Source of the DNA: a virus | Reading direction: 5' to 3' (one strand) | DNA length: 64,000 nucleotides | Virus record (IMG/VR): IMGVR_UViG_3300028394_000044 | Location: 32,001-96,000 of that record | Shown here: positions 18,196-27,606 of the stretch, piece by piece | How positions within the stretch are numbered: position 1 is the first letter of the stretch | How the letters are laid out: each line of letters begins with the position of its first letter | Translations under genes and position numbers: made by a program | Notes under the pieces: generated by a model | Told to the model about the DNA's origin: nothing | Databases searched by the model: none | The model's input: only the letters and a program-made list of their open reading frames with translations

Positions 18196-19904
18196 TTATA
18201 TTTAAAACTATTCGGTACAAGAACTTTCTGAGTACTGGTAATTATTTTACAGAAATAAAATTGAATGGTAGTACTAATACGTTGGTTATTGGTACAAATG
18301 GTGCTGGCAAAAGTACTATGCTTGATGCGTTATGTTTTGGTTTGTTTGGGAAACCTTTTCGTAATATCAATAAGCCACAACTTATGAACAGTATCAATCA
18401 AAAAGATTGTGTTGTTGAAATTGAACTTTCTATAGGTACAAAAGAGTATAAAATTGTACGTGGTATAAAGCCAAATGTGTTTGAAATTTATCTAGATGGT
18501 GAGTTATTAAATCAAGATGCCGCAGTAAAAGACTATCAAGAACATTTGGAAAAATTTATTCTCAAATTGAATTATAAATCATTTACACAAATTGTAATTC
18601 TTGGTTCAGCATCATTCGTTCCTTTTATGCAATTATCATCTTCTGATCGCCGTGCAATTATTGAAGATTTGCTTGATATTCAAATCTTTTCTACCATGAA
18701 CACAGTATTAAAAGACAAAGTTGCAATCAATAAAGAAGCAATCAATAATAATAAGCACGATACAAATTTGTTTACTACTAAGCATGATATGCAAGAATCT
18801 CATATTGAGGTTTTAAAACAAAACAACAATGAGATGATTGTAAAAAAAGAATCTGAAATTGCCACAATCATGTTACAGATTAAAAATGTGAATAGCATTA
18901 TTGCAGAATTGAACACAGAAGTTTCTGAGTTACAGGGTAGTATTAATGATAAAGATAGTGTTAATGCTAAACTCAAAAAATTGAATCAGTTTGAAACTCA
19001 GATCGAGTCTAACCTTTCAAAACATAAAAAAGATATTAACTTTTTTGAGAACAATGATGATTGTCCAACTTGCCGTCAAGCAATTAACCAAGAATTCAAA
19101 AATACACAAATAAAAGAACTTGGCAGTAAAATAGAAAAGTTTGCTGAAGGCTTATCAAAACTTGAAATTGATATTATTGAGCAACAGAATAAATTGAATG
19201 TTATTCAAGAGATTACTTCGGATATACACAGTAAACAAGTTAGTATTGCCTCCAATACAACAACAGTAATACAGTCTACCAATTATATTACTAAACTTCA
19301 AAAAGAAATTATTGAGTTGAGTGGTACAAAAGAAGATTTAAGATCCGAGACTGATAAGTTGGATAAGTTAAAAACTTCACTGTTAAATTTGGAAGAGACA
19401 AAGAAACAATTATTTGATGAAAAAACGTACTTAGAGGCAGCATCATTATTGCTGAAAGATTCTGGAATAAAAACAAAAATTATCAAACAGTATTTGCCAG
19501 TAATTAATAAATTGGTAAATAAATATTTGGCTACACTAGATTTCTTTGTTAACTTTAACCTTGATGAATCATTTAAAGAAACTATCAAGTCTCGTCACCG
19601 AGATGAGTTTAGCTATGCATCTTTTAGTGAAGGTGAAAAACAACGTATCGATATGGCTCTGATGTTAACTTGGCGCGCTGTTGCTAAGTTGAAGAACTCT
19701 ACGAATACGAATCTTCTTATTTTGGATGAGGTGTTTGACTCTTCACTAGATAATAATGGTACAGAATATTTAATGAGCATTTTGCAGATGCTTGAAGATG
19801 TTAACTTGTTTGTCATTTCTCATAAGGGTGATATTCTACAAGATAAATTTAGGTCTGTATTACGTTTTGAAAAAGTTAATAATTTTAGTAGGATAGCAAC
19901 ATGA
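18192..19904 (+). CDS. gp46: Rad50/SbcC-like recombination ATPase
   Basis: 'GTNGAGKST', CPTC zinc hook, 'FSEGEKQRID', 'LDEVFD'. Confidence 0.96.
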   Translation: MIIFKTIRYKNFLSTGNYFTEIKLNGSTNTLVIGTNGAGKSTMLDALCFGLFGKPFRNINKPQLMNSINQKDCVVEIELSIGTKEYKIVRGIKPNVFEIYLDGELLNQDAAVKDYQEHLEKFILKLNYKSFTQIVILGSASFVPFMQLSSSDRRAIIEDLLDIQIFSTMNTVLKDKVAINKEAINNNKHDTNLFTTKHDMQESHIEVLKQNNNEMIVKKESEIATIMLQIKNVNSIIAELNTEVSELQGSINDKDSVNAKLKKLNQFETQIESNLSKHKKDINFFENNDDCPTCRQAINQEFKNTQIKELGSKIEKFAEGLSKLEIDIIEQQNKLNVIQEITSDIHSKQVSIASNTTTVIQSTNYITKLQKEIIELSGTKEDLRSETDKLDKLKTSLLNLEETKKQLFDEKTYLEAASLLLKDSGIKTKIIKQYLPVINKLVNKYLATLDFFVNFNLDESFKETIKSRHRDEFSYASFSEGEKQRIDMALMLTWRAVAKLKNSTNTNLLILDEVFDSSLDNNGTEYLMSILQMLEDVNLFVISHKGDILQDKFRSVLRFEKVNNFSRIAT

Positions 19905-20101
19905 CAAAAAAATATGATGAAGACTTAATTCCATTGCAGTCTCATTTTGAAGGTAATAAAATGGCAACTGTTTATTTTGAAAAAGATGGTGGTTTTGTTG
20001 TTTTGTTGTCCGATGAAGATTCTGGTTTTAGAGATAAACAGTTTTTCGATAATGAAAATAAAGCAGAAGATTATGCTGAAAATTGGGTACTAGGAATATA
20101 A
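19901..20101 (+). CDS. Hypothetical protein
   Basis: Coupled to gp46; ends 'AEDYAENWVLG'. Confidence 0.65.
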   Translation: MTKKYDEDLIPLQSHFEGNKMATVYFEKDGGFVVLLSDEDSGFRDKQFFDNENKAEDYAENWVLGI

Positions 20102-20102
20102 T

Positions 20103-20672
20103 ATGAGTGAATATTTAACAATCAATACAGCACCAGAAAAAGTTAAAAAAGAACCGGTACCATATCAAGTGTGTACTGAAGGTAGTGCATCACTACTTTT
20201 TAAGCCTGCTGACATTCCAATTGAAGACATTAAGCATCCACAAATGCAGGAAATGATTGAACGATTAAAATTGACAATGAAAGTCTACCGTGGTATAGGT
20301 TTGTCCGCTAATCAGTGTGGCATTAATGCGCGAGTATTTGTTATGGGTTCTGATGTGTTTCAAATGGTGTGTATCAATCCTAAAATTGTAAAAACATTTG
20401 ATGAAATGGAAAGAATAAAAGAAGGTTGCTTATCTTTTCCTGGAATGTATTTGTCAATTCCACGTTTCAAAAAGATCGCCGTAGAATTTCAGAATCAAGA
20501 AGGTGAAACAATTATTACCGAACTTGAAGGCATTTCTGCTCAAGTTTACCAACATGAGCTTGACCATATGAATGGAATGTGCTACACTAAGCATGTTGGA
20601 CCTTTAGCTATAAAGATGGCTAAACAGAAACAAGCAAAACTGATTAAAACAATTGTAAGGAAATCAAAATGA
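20103..20672 (+). CDS. def: Peptide deformylase
   Basis: All three PDF motifs present: 'GIGLSANQ', 'EGCLS', 'QHELDH'. Confidence 0.95.
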   Translation: MSEYLTINTAPEKVKKEPVPYQVCTEGSASLLFKPADIPIEDIKHPQMQEMIERLKLTMKVYRGIGLSANQCGINARVFVMGSDVFQMVCINPKIVKTFDEMERIKEGCLSFPGMYLSIPRFKKIAVEFQNQEGETIITELEGISAQVYQHELDHMNGMCYTKHVGPLAIKMAKQKQAKLIKTIVRKSK

Positions 20673-21037
20673 ATGATATAGATGTTGAAGAAACTACTCA
20701 ATATGAGAGTTGTCTTGATTTTGAAAGTGATGAAATAAATGACGTTTCTAAATTCATGGATGATGAAACAGTAGAAGAAAAACTTCCTATAGTTGAAGTT
20801 GATGATTCGTTGCTCACTAGGGACCAATTCTTTAAGAAATATTGGAAAGGTATGCCAACATTTGACCAGAACGATAATCCTCCATGGAAACAACTATATG
20901 TAAACTTCAGAAATGAAGAAGATTACAATACTTTTGCTAAGTTGATTGACCAAGCATTAACGTATAAGAGCAAAAGTATTTGGTATCCAAAACTTGATAT
21001 TGAAGAAAACTCCTTAAATCGTTGGATCGTAGAATGA
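20669..21037 (+). CDS. Small acidic partner of the GREB1-like glycosyltransferase
   Basis: 'W.GMP.F.Q', 'V.F...ED...FA.LI.Q..T.K.KSIWYP'; ATGA overlap with the next gene. Confidence 0.6.
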   Translation: MNDIDVEETTQYESCLDFESDEINDVSKFMDDETVEEKLPIVEVDDSLLTRDQFFKKYWKGMPTFDQNDNPPWKQLYVNFRNEEDYNTFAKLIDQALTYKSKSIWYPKLDIEENSLNRWIVE

Positions 21038-21939
21038 TTGATCCCAAGTATCCAGTTTATATTATCTCTAAAGGTCGACATGAATCCATGTTGACTTCTA
21101 GGTCACTTGCTCGTATGAAAGTTCCTCATTACATTGCGATTGAACCACAAGACTTGGAGAATTATGAGAAAGCATTGGATGAATTTAAGATTCGCCCATA
21201 TGTTACATTGCTAATTGCGCCATTCAGCAATCATGGTGATGGACCAGGTCGTGCTAGAAATTGGTGTTGGGATCATGCGATTGAAATTGGTACCGAAAAG
21301 CACTGGGTACTAGATGATAATATCTCCGACTTCTATAGATTGAATCAGAACAAGCGTTACCGCGTTGAATCTGGTGCTATCTTCCGAGCCGCAGAAGATT
21401 TTGTTGACCGCTTTGAGAATGTGCCAATCTCCGGCTTTCAGTATCGATTCTTCATTGCACCAAATTCTAAATATCCACCTTTCGTAACAAACACACGAAT
21501 CTATTCATGTTTGTTAATCTCTAATGATTGTAAACATCGTTGGCGAGGTCGGTACAATGAAGATACTGATATCTGTCTACGTGTATTGAAAGATGGGGAT
21601 TGCACAATTCAATTCAATGCATTTTTACAGGGCAAAGCGGCTACACAAACAGTTAAGGGTGGTAACACCGAAGAATTCTATCATAAAGAATTCGCTGATG
21701 CTGATGAAAACTTTAAGAAGACTGGTTACAATAGTAGCGGTACAATTAATAAATCACAGATGCTTGCAGATATGCATCCAGATGTTGCAAGAGTTGTATG
21801 GCGTTATGGTCGTTGGCATCATTATGTTGACTACAATCCATTTAAAGTAAACAAACTGAGAATGAAATCTGATGCGGTAATTCCAGAAGGCAATAATGAA
21901 TATGGAATGAAGCTGATTCGTAATTGGAAACCAGATTAA
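21034..21939 (+). CDS. GREB1-like/TET-associated type (GT-A) glycosyltransferase
   Basis: 'YPVYIISKGR', 'ARNWCW.H', 'HWVLDDNI', 'RIYSCLLI', 'WRGRYNEDTD', 'KGGNT', 'RWHHYVDY'. Confidence 0.75.
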   Translation: MIDPKYPVYIISKGRHESMLTSRSLARMKVPHYIAIEPQDLENYEKALDEFKIRPYVTLLIAPFSNHGDGPGRARNWCWDHAIEIGTEKHWVLDDNISDFYRLNQNKRYRVESGAIFRAAEDFVDRFENVPISGFQYRFFIAPNSKYPPFVTNTRIYSCLLISNDCKHRWRGRYNEDTDICLRVLKDGDCTIQFNAFLQGKAATQTVKGGNTEEFYHKEFADADENFKKTGYNSSGTINKSQMLADMHPDVARVVWRYGRWHHYVDYNPFKVNKLRMKSDAVIPEGNNEYGMKLIRNWKPD

Positions 21940-22775
21940 TGAGCATAGTTGATGAAATAGGCAAAGAGAGTTTAAAGCGATATCTTGAAAACTGCGCTAA
22001 GGTTGCGGATATTGATGTTGGGGCGGCATTCAAAGTCACATTGAATTGTATGAAAGCGCATGATGGCGCAATCATACCTGATGATGATATGCGTCAAATG
22101 AAAGACCTTGAGAATAGATGGTATGAATCCTTGGAAACAGGAACGCCAGACTATTCTGTTTATTCTGATGCTTATTATTTCTGCGAAGTTTGGATGTGCT
22201 GGTCAAAATATTCCAGAAGGTATCTCAAAGAAATCAATGCACCAAAGTCTATGTTTGGTAAAAGTATAGTTGAGTACATTGGTAATGTTGACAATGTGGT
22301 TGATTTAGGATGCGGTTTCGGTTATACTACAGTCGGTATGAAAGAATTGTTTTCAAACTCAAACGTCTATGGTACAAATCTAAAAGATAGTTACCAGTAT
22401 AAGATGGCAACAGAGTTGGGTAACAAACACAATTTCAAAATCATTGAGGATCTTACACAAGTTGAAAAGCCAGGAACAAGTTTGTTTTTTGCTTCCGAAT
22501 ACTTTGAACACTTTGATAGACCGATTGAGCATTTGATTGATGTAATTGAACAAGGCTCACCAACTTATATGTTGATTGCTAACACATTCAACGGGAAAGC
22601 CATTGGTCACTTCAATCAATACAAAGATGGCACCGAAGTCTATGACGGAAAACAAATGGGAAGACTGTTTGGCAAGACACTCAGAAAATTTGGATACGAA
22701 AGTATTAATACTAATTGCTGGAATAGTAGACCAGCATTTTGGCAGAGAAAAAATAGTTGTTTTTTGACAACATAA
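21939..22775 (+). CDS. Class I SAM-dependent methyltransferase
   Basis: 'VVDLGCGFG' motif I and 'SEYFEH' motif; TAATG overlap with the upstream gene. Confidence 0.75.
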   Translation: MSIVDEIGKESLKRYLENCAKVADIDVGAAFKVTLNCMKAHDGAIIPDDDMRQMKDLENRWYESLETGTPDYSVYSDAYYFCEVWMCWSKYSRRYLKEINAPKSMFGKSIVEYIGNVDNVVDLGCGFGYTTVGMKELFSNSNVYGTNLKDSYQYKMATELGNKHNFKIIEDLTQVEKPGTSLFFASEYFEHFDRPIEHLIDVIEQGSPTYMLIANTFNGKAIGHFNQYKDGTEVYDGKQMGRLFGKTLRKFGYESINTNCWNSRPAFWQRKNSCFLTT

Positions 22776-22789
22776 TACTTTAGTAGTAC

Positions 22790-22817
22790 TTGACATTCCT
22801 TCTGGTCCTGATATACT
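22790..22817 (+). promoter_or_regulatory. Sigma70-type early promoter
   Basis: TTGACA-16bp-TATACT; AAGGA RBS downstream. Confidence 0.7.
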
Positions 22818-22842
22818 TGTATTTGTATTTAGAAGGAACAAC

Positions 22843-25101
22843 ATGCAATTTACTCAAGAATCTAAGTCCCAACTAGCCAAGCTAATGGCTACCGAAAATC
22901 TCCGTGTTGAACATGCCAACGTTCAAACGGCTATGTTTAACCTCAAAACTCGTACACTGACCTTGCCAATTTGGAAAGATATGTCAGGCGAACTTTATGA
23001 CCTTTTAACAGGACATGAGGTTGGTCACGCATTGGAAACTCCAGAAGAAGGCTGGCACAATGCTGTTGTTGGTTCTGGAAAATACAATAAAAATTTCAAG
23101 CACTTTTTAAATGTGGTAGAAGACTGCCGTATTGAGAAGAAAATGAAACGCCGTTATCCAGGTCTACGTCCTTCTTTTGTGAAGGCTTATGGACAATTAA
23201 TTGAACGTGATTTTTTTGGTATAAAAGACCGTAATATCAATTCAATGTCATTTATTGACCGTTTAAATCTTTATACAAAAGCTGGTGTTGCTTTGAATAT
23301 AAGTTTCACTGATGAAGAACAGAAAATGGTTTCTGATGTAGAAACTTGTGAAACATGGGATGACGTTTTGCGAGTAACTGAAACTGTTTATGGTTATTCT
23401 AAACAAGAACAAGAAGAACAATTCAAACTAGCCAATCTCAATTCTATTGATGAAGATGATTCTGAATATGAATATGAGGATAGTGATTTTAATGATTCCG
23501 ATGAAACTGGTGATTCAGATTCAAACTCCGATGAAACTGGTGATTCAGATTCAAACTCCGATGAAACTGGTGATTCAGATTTAGATTCTGATAATGTGGA
23601 AGACTCAAAAACTGGTAATCGTTTAGAACGATTTAAAGATTCTAAACCAACGGATTCCGTTAGTGATTTTGAACCAATATGCGAAACTGATGAAACATTC
23701 CGCAGAAATGAAAATAAATTATTGGATGAAAAAAGTCGTCCATATGTTTATGTTACTCTACCAAAACCAATTATGTCCGAAATTCTGACACCATATAAAC
23801 GTGTACATGAATTGATGGAAGAATACTGGTTTGGTCAAGCATTCATTTCAAAAGAATTACAACAAAGACTGTATAATGAATTCAAACAAAAGAATGACCG
23901 TTATATTGGCTTACTGGCTAAAGAATTTGAAATGCGTAAAGCCGCTTCTAAATTCTCAAAACAAAAAATTTCTGAAACTGGTGATATTGATGTTTCTCGC
24001 ATCTACAAATACCAAGTTGATGACAATATTTTCCGTAAGATTAGCCGTGTTCCAAAAGGTAAATCTCATGGACTAGTTTTATTGTTTGATCGTTCAGGTT
24101 CAATGCAGTATAATATGGAAAGTACGATTGAGCAATTCTTGATTCTTTCTTTGTTTTGCCGTAAAGTAAATATTCCTTTCGTGGTGTATGGTTTTGGTAA
24201 TAATACTGATGGATTTGCTCTTGACCATGGCCGTCCTAATGGAAATTGCTTTGATGAGAAAATTGGTTCATTGAATATGCCAAGCGTTTATTTGCGTGAA
24301 TATCTTAATTCTAAAATGTCTATGAGTGAATTCACTCGTTGCGTTAAAAATTTGGTATGTCTTGGAGAATCATTTGCTCCAAAAAGTTATCGCAAATTAT
24401 TTCCTCCTCGTTCAGAGAATTTGTCTTGTACACCAATGATTGAATCGATTGTTGCATTGAAACCTCTCACAGAAGAATTCCGTAAAAACAATAATCTTGA
24501 TATTGTTAATATGGTACTATTACATGATGGTGATGCCGACGATATAAATTCTTATTACAATCATAACGGAAGTATTTCGAGTTTTTATCTAGGAAGCAGT
24601 AATGTAATTTTGCGTGATGAAAAAACCAAATTTGAAACTAAGTTGAATTATTTGGATGGTGATTCTGGTGTACGTGAAGGTGTTTTTAATTGGTACCAGA
24701 AAACAACAGGTGCTAAAATTATTGGTTTCTTCATTAATGGTGGAACAAATGGTCAAGTGAAGAATAGCATACTTCGCCGATATCACGATAAAGATGGCAA
24801 AACTATTTTTGAAAATACTGAAAAACTTGAGAAGTACCGTCAAAGTTACGCACAAGAAATAATTGTAAAAAATTTAGTTAAAACTATGAAAGAAGAACGA
24901 TTCTTAGAATCAAATAATCGTGGTTATAAAAAGTTCTTTTTGATACCTGGTGGTTCTGACCTTGATACGGTGAACGATAACCTTCAAATTGAAGGTAATG
25001 TTACAGCTTTAAAGCTAAAGAATGCATTTATCAAAATGAATAAGAAACGTCAAGTTTCTCGTGTTTTGGTAAACCGCTTCATTGGCGAAATTGCTGTATG
25101 A
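22843..25101 (+). CDS. HExxH metallopeptidase-like plus vWA (CobT-like) protein
   Basis: 'GHEVGHAL', 'NVVEDCRIE', acidic linker, MIDAS 'FDRSGSM...TP...LHDGD'; adjacent to a MoxR ATPase. Confidence 0.8.
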   Translation: MQFTQESKSQLAKLMATENLRVEHANVQTAMFNLKTRTLTLPIWKDMSGELYDLLTGHEVGHALETPEEGWHNAVVGSGKYNKNFKHFLNVVEDCRIEKKMKRRYPGLRPSFVKAYGQLIERDFFGIKDRNINSMSFIDRLNLYTKAGVALNISFTDEEQKMVSDVETCETWDDVLRVTETVYGYSKQEQEEQFKLANLNSIDEDDSEYEYEDSDFNDSDETGDSDSNSDETGDSDSNSDETGDSDLDSDNVEDSKTGNRLERFKDSKPTDSVSDFEPICETDETFRRNENKLLDEKSRPYVYVTLPKPIMSEILTPYKRVHELMEEYWFGQAFISKELQQRLYNEFKQKNDRYIGLLAKEFEMRKAASKFSKQKISETGDIDVSRIYKYQVDDNIFRKISRVPKGKSHGLVLLFDRSGSMQYNMESTIEQFLILSLFCRKVNIPFVVYGFGNNTDGFALDHGRPNGNCFDEKIGSLNMPSVYLREYLNSKMSMSEFTRCVKNLVCLGESFAPKSYRKLFPPRSENLSCTPMIESIVALKPLTEEFRKNNNLDIVNMVLLHDGDADDINSYYNHNGSISSFYLGSSNVILRDEKTKFETKLNYLDGDSGVREGVFNWYQKTTGAKIIGFFINGGTNGQVKNSILRRYHDKDGKTIFENTEKLEKYRQSYAQEIIVKNLVKTMKEERFLESNNRGYKKFFLIPGGSDLDTVNDNLQIEGNVTALKLKNAFIKMNKKRQVSRVLVNRFIGEIAV
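23497..23581. repeat. 30-bp in-frame tandem repeat, about 2.8 copies
   Basis: Unit TCCGATGAAACTGGTGATTCAGATTCAAAC encodes SDETGDSDSN. Confidence 0.95.
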
Positions 25102-25118
25102 TTTTTACAACACCATGC

Positions 25119-25147
25119 TTGACAGTGTGGTGTATTTGATGTATAAT
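25119..25147 (+). promoter_or_regulatory. Consensus sigma70 promoter
   Basis: TTGACA-17bp-TATAAT. Confidence 0.85.
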
Positions 25148-25181
25148 TGATTTATTGATTTGATTGATTGGAGTTTTTATT

Positions 25182-26348
25182 ATGCGTACAATTCAGACCG
25201 CCCAGCGTGAGCAATTTTTGACCCTTGCCATTGCCACAGGTAAATCCGTTTTAACATGGACAGATATTCACAATATTTGCAATGAAAATAATATTAAAGT
25301 GCCGCAATGGTATACCAAAGACGTTGCTAATCGTGCAGGTCGTGGTTTGTATAAAGTTCCTAATGCCTCAGTTTCCATGGCTACTGTTATCTCTATGAAA
25401 AAACCAGAACCCGAATTTGATTCTCAGAAACGAATTACTAATATCGTTACTGACCTTGAAACTGAAAATTTGGTTCCACAAATTTATAAGAATTATGTTC
25501 CTTTCGGCAACTATGATGACTTAGTTGCTATTGTTCAAAGTAACCAATTCTTTCCTATTTTTATTACAGGTCAATCTGGCAATGGTAAAACAATGTCTAT
25601 TGAACAAGCCTGTGCAAAAACAAAACGTAAATTTATTTGCGTTTCAATGACACCTGATACTGATGAATCCGATTTGCTTGGTAATTATGTTCTTATCAAC
25701 GGTCAAATGGAATGGCGTGATGGTCCAGTTACTGTTGCGGCTCGCCAAGGTGCAGTTTTGTGTATTGATGAGATTGATTATGGTGCTCAAAACTTAGCTT
25801 GTTTGCAACGTGTACTTGAAGGCAAACCATTCTTGTTGAAAAAGAAAAACGAATTGGTATCACCGGCTGAAGGTTTTACCATTGTAGCCACTGCCAATAC
25901 AAAAGGTAAAGGTTCAGAAGATGGTCGATTTATGTTCACCAATGTTTTAAATGAAGCCTTCTTGGAACGTTTCTTGAATACATATGAACAACAATATCCT
26001 CCTGTTGCGATTGAAAAGAAAATTATTCGTAAAGAAATGAAATCTTTTGGCCGTGAAGATGATTCGTTTGCCGATAAACTTGTTATCTGGGCAGATACAA
26101 TTCGTAAAACTTTTGAAGAAGGTGGTGTAGATGAAATCATCTCTACTCGCCGTCTGGTTCACATTTGTAAAACCTATGGCATCTATGGTGATCGAATGAA
26201 GGCAATTTCACTTTGTTTGAATCGTTTTGATACTGATACCAAAGTTTCTTTTCTTGACTTGTATTCCAAACTGGATGCTGATGTTAAGAAAGAAGAAATT
26301 CCAGTGAGTACTGTAACTAATCCTTACACGGAAGAAGTTCCTTTTTAA
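25182..26348 (+). CDS. MoxR/CobS-like AAA+ ATPase
   Basis: 'GQSGNGKT', 'LCIDEID', 'ATANTKG.G', 'NEAFLERF', 'ISTRRL'; GGAG RBS before ATG 25182. Confidence 0.9.
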   Translation: MRTIQTAQREQFLTLAIATGKSVLTWTDIHNICNENNIKVPQWYTKDVANRAGRGLYKVPNASVSMATVISMKKPEPEFDSQKRITNIVTDLETENLVPQIYKNYVPFGNYDDLVAIVQSNQFFPIFITGQSGNGKTMSIEQACAKTKRKFICVSMTPDTDESDLLGNYVLINGQMEWRDGPVTVAARQGAVLCIDEIDYGAQNLACLQRVLEGKPFLLKKKNELVSPAEGFTIVATANTKGKGSEDGRFMFTNVLNEAFLERFLNTYEQQYPPVAIEKKIIRKEMKSFGREDDSFADKLVIWADTIRKTFEEGGVDEIISTRRLVHICKTYGIYGDRMKAISLCLNRFDTDTKVSFLDLYSKLDADVKKEEIPVSTVTNPYTEEVPF

Positions 26349-26372
26349 CTTGCATATTTGCCTACAGGATGG

Positions 26373-26401
26373 TTGCTAATTGTCCTGTGGTATGTTATAA
26401 T
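26373..26401 (+). promoter_or_regulatory. Sigma70-type promoter
   Basis: TTGCTA-17bp-TATAAT with a TGn extension. Confidence 0.7.
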
Positions 26402-26463
26402 CATAATATGAGACTTCGAATCACCTCTCATTTTTTCAAGTGTGATTTTATTATGGAGCTATT

Positions 26464-26721
26464 ATGGCTAAACTGACTGCTAAACAAAAAATGCTTGCTA
26501 CTTTGAGCAAGAAAACAGGATACAACACCTTTACTGTTGCTCAAGCCCGCGTTCGTTTTGGTGTTACCAATGTTGCCGCACGTATCAATGAGCTACGTAA
26601 TGATGGATATTCTATTTACACTAACACCCGTAAACTGGATGATGGTCGTAAGATTTCCTTCTATCGTATGGGTACACCAACCAAAACTATGGCTAAACAA
26701 GGTTACCGCACTTTCGCCTAA
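26464..26721 (+). CDS. Small winged-helix DNA-binding protein
   Basis: 'FT..QAR.RFGV.NVAARINELR..GY.I' pattern; basic; GGAG RBS. Confidence 0.7.
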   Translation: MAKLTAKQKMLATLSKKTGYNTFTVAQARVRFGVTNVAARINELRNDGYSIYTNTRKLDDGRKISFYRMGTPTKTMAKQGYRTFA

Positions 26722-26741
26722 AATTGTAAGTTAAATTTAAT

Positions 26742-26779
26742 GGGGATGTGATATATACATGTATCACTCCCTCTTTTTT
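26742..26779 (+). terminator. Probable intrinsic terminator
   Basis: GGGA(T)GTGATA...TATCACTCCC stem followed by TCTTTTTT. Confidence 0.6.
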
Positions 26780-26790
26780 ATGGATATATT

Positions 26791-27606
26791 ATGGAAATTA
26801 AAGTTAAAGTTGAAGACTTGAAGAAGCATAAACTGTTTGTTGCAACCCCAATGTATGGCGGCATGAATCATGGCATGTACATGAAATCCTGTCTCGATTT
26901 ACAATCAATGTTGACCAAATATGAAGTTGAAGTTCGTTTTTCTTTTTTGTTTAACGAATCACTAATTACACGGGCCCGAAATTATCTAGTAGATGAATTC
27001 TTACGTTCCGAATGTACGCACATGATGTTCATTGATTCTGATGTACATTTTAATCCACAAGACGTTATTGCTTTGCTTGCACTTGATAAAGATGTTATTG
27101 GCGGCCCGTATCCCAAGAAATCTATTAACTGGGGTAACATTGCAGAAGCTGCACGTAAACATCCAGACTTGGTTCCTTCTGATCTGGAAAATTTGGTTGG
27201 AGATTATGTTTTCAACGTTGTTGCTGGAACAAAACAATTCTCTGTAACTGAACCTCTGAAAGTTATGGAAATTGGTACAGGTTACATGATGATTAAACGT
27301 GAAGTATTTGATAAGATGAAAGACGCTTATCCACAACTGCGCTACAAACCTGACCATGTTGGACAAGCCAACTTTGATGGCTCACGTTACATTCATGCAT
27401 ATTTTGATACAATTATCGACACTGTTGATAGTGCAACAGGAGGTGGTTCAGACCGTTACCTATCTGAGGACTATATGTTCTGTCAATTGTGGCGCAAAAT
27501 TGATGGTGATATTTACTTGTGTCCTTGGATGAAGACTCAACATATTGGTACATATGCATTCACTGGCAATATGTCTAAGATTGCAGAGTTAACTGGAAAA
27601 CTGTAA
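26791..27606 (+). CDS. GT-A fold glycosyltransferase-like protein
   Basis: 'FVATPMYGG', 'ESLITRARN', DxD motif 'FIDSD', 'GTGYMMIKR', 'SEDY.FC'. Confidence 0.75.
   Translation: MEIKVKVEDLKKHKLFVATPMYGGMNHGMYMKSCLDLQSMLTKYEVEVRFSFLFNESLITRARNYLVDEFLRSECTHMMFIDSDVHFNPQDVIALLALDKDVIGGPYPKKSINWGNIAEAARKHPDLVPSDLENLVGDYVFNVVAGTKQFSVTEPLKVMEIGTGYMMIKREVFDKMKDAYPQLRYKPDHVGQANFDGSRYIHAYFDTIIDTVDSATGGGSDRYLSEDYMFCQLWRKIDGDIYLCPWMKTQHIGTYAFTGNMSKIAELTGKL

Noticed and set aside
21939-22775. DNA adenine/cytosine methyltransferase call
   Set aside because: Lacks DPPY/NPPY or PC catalytic motifs; only a generic class I SAM-binding motif is visible
23497-23581. Possible CRISPR-like array
   Set aside because: Head-to-tail 30-bp units without spacers, in frame within an acidic linker
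22843-26348. Cobalamin biosynthesis (cobT/cobS) interpretation
   Set aside because: No cobN or other cob genes in the window; the peptidase-vWA architecture fits a generic MoxR chaperone pair
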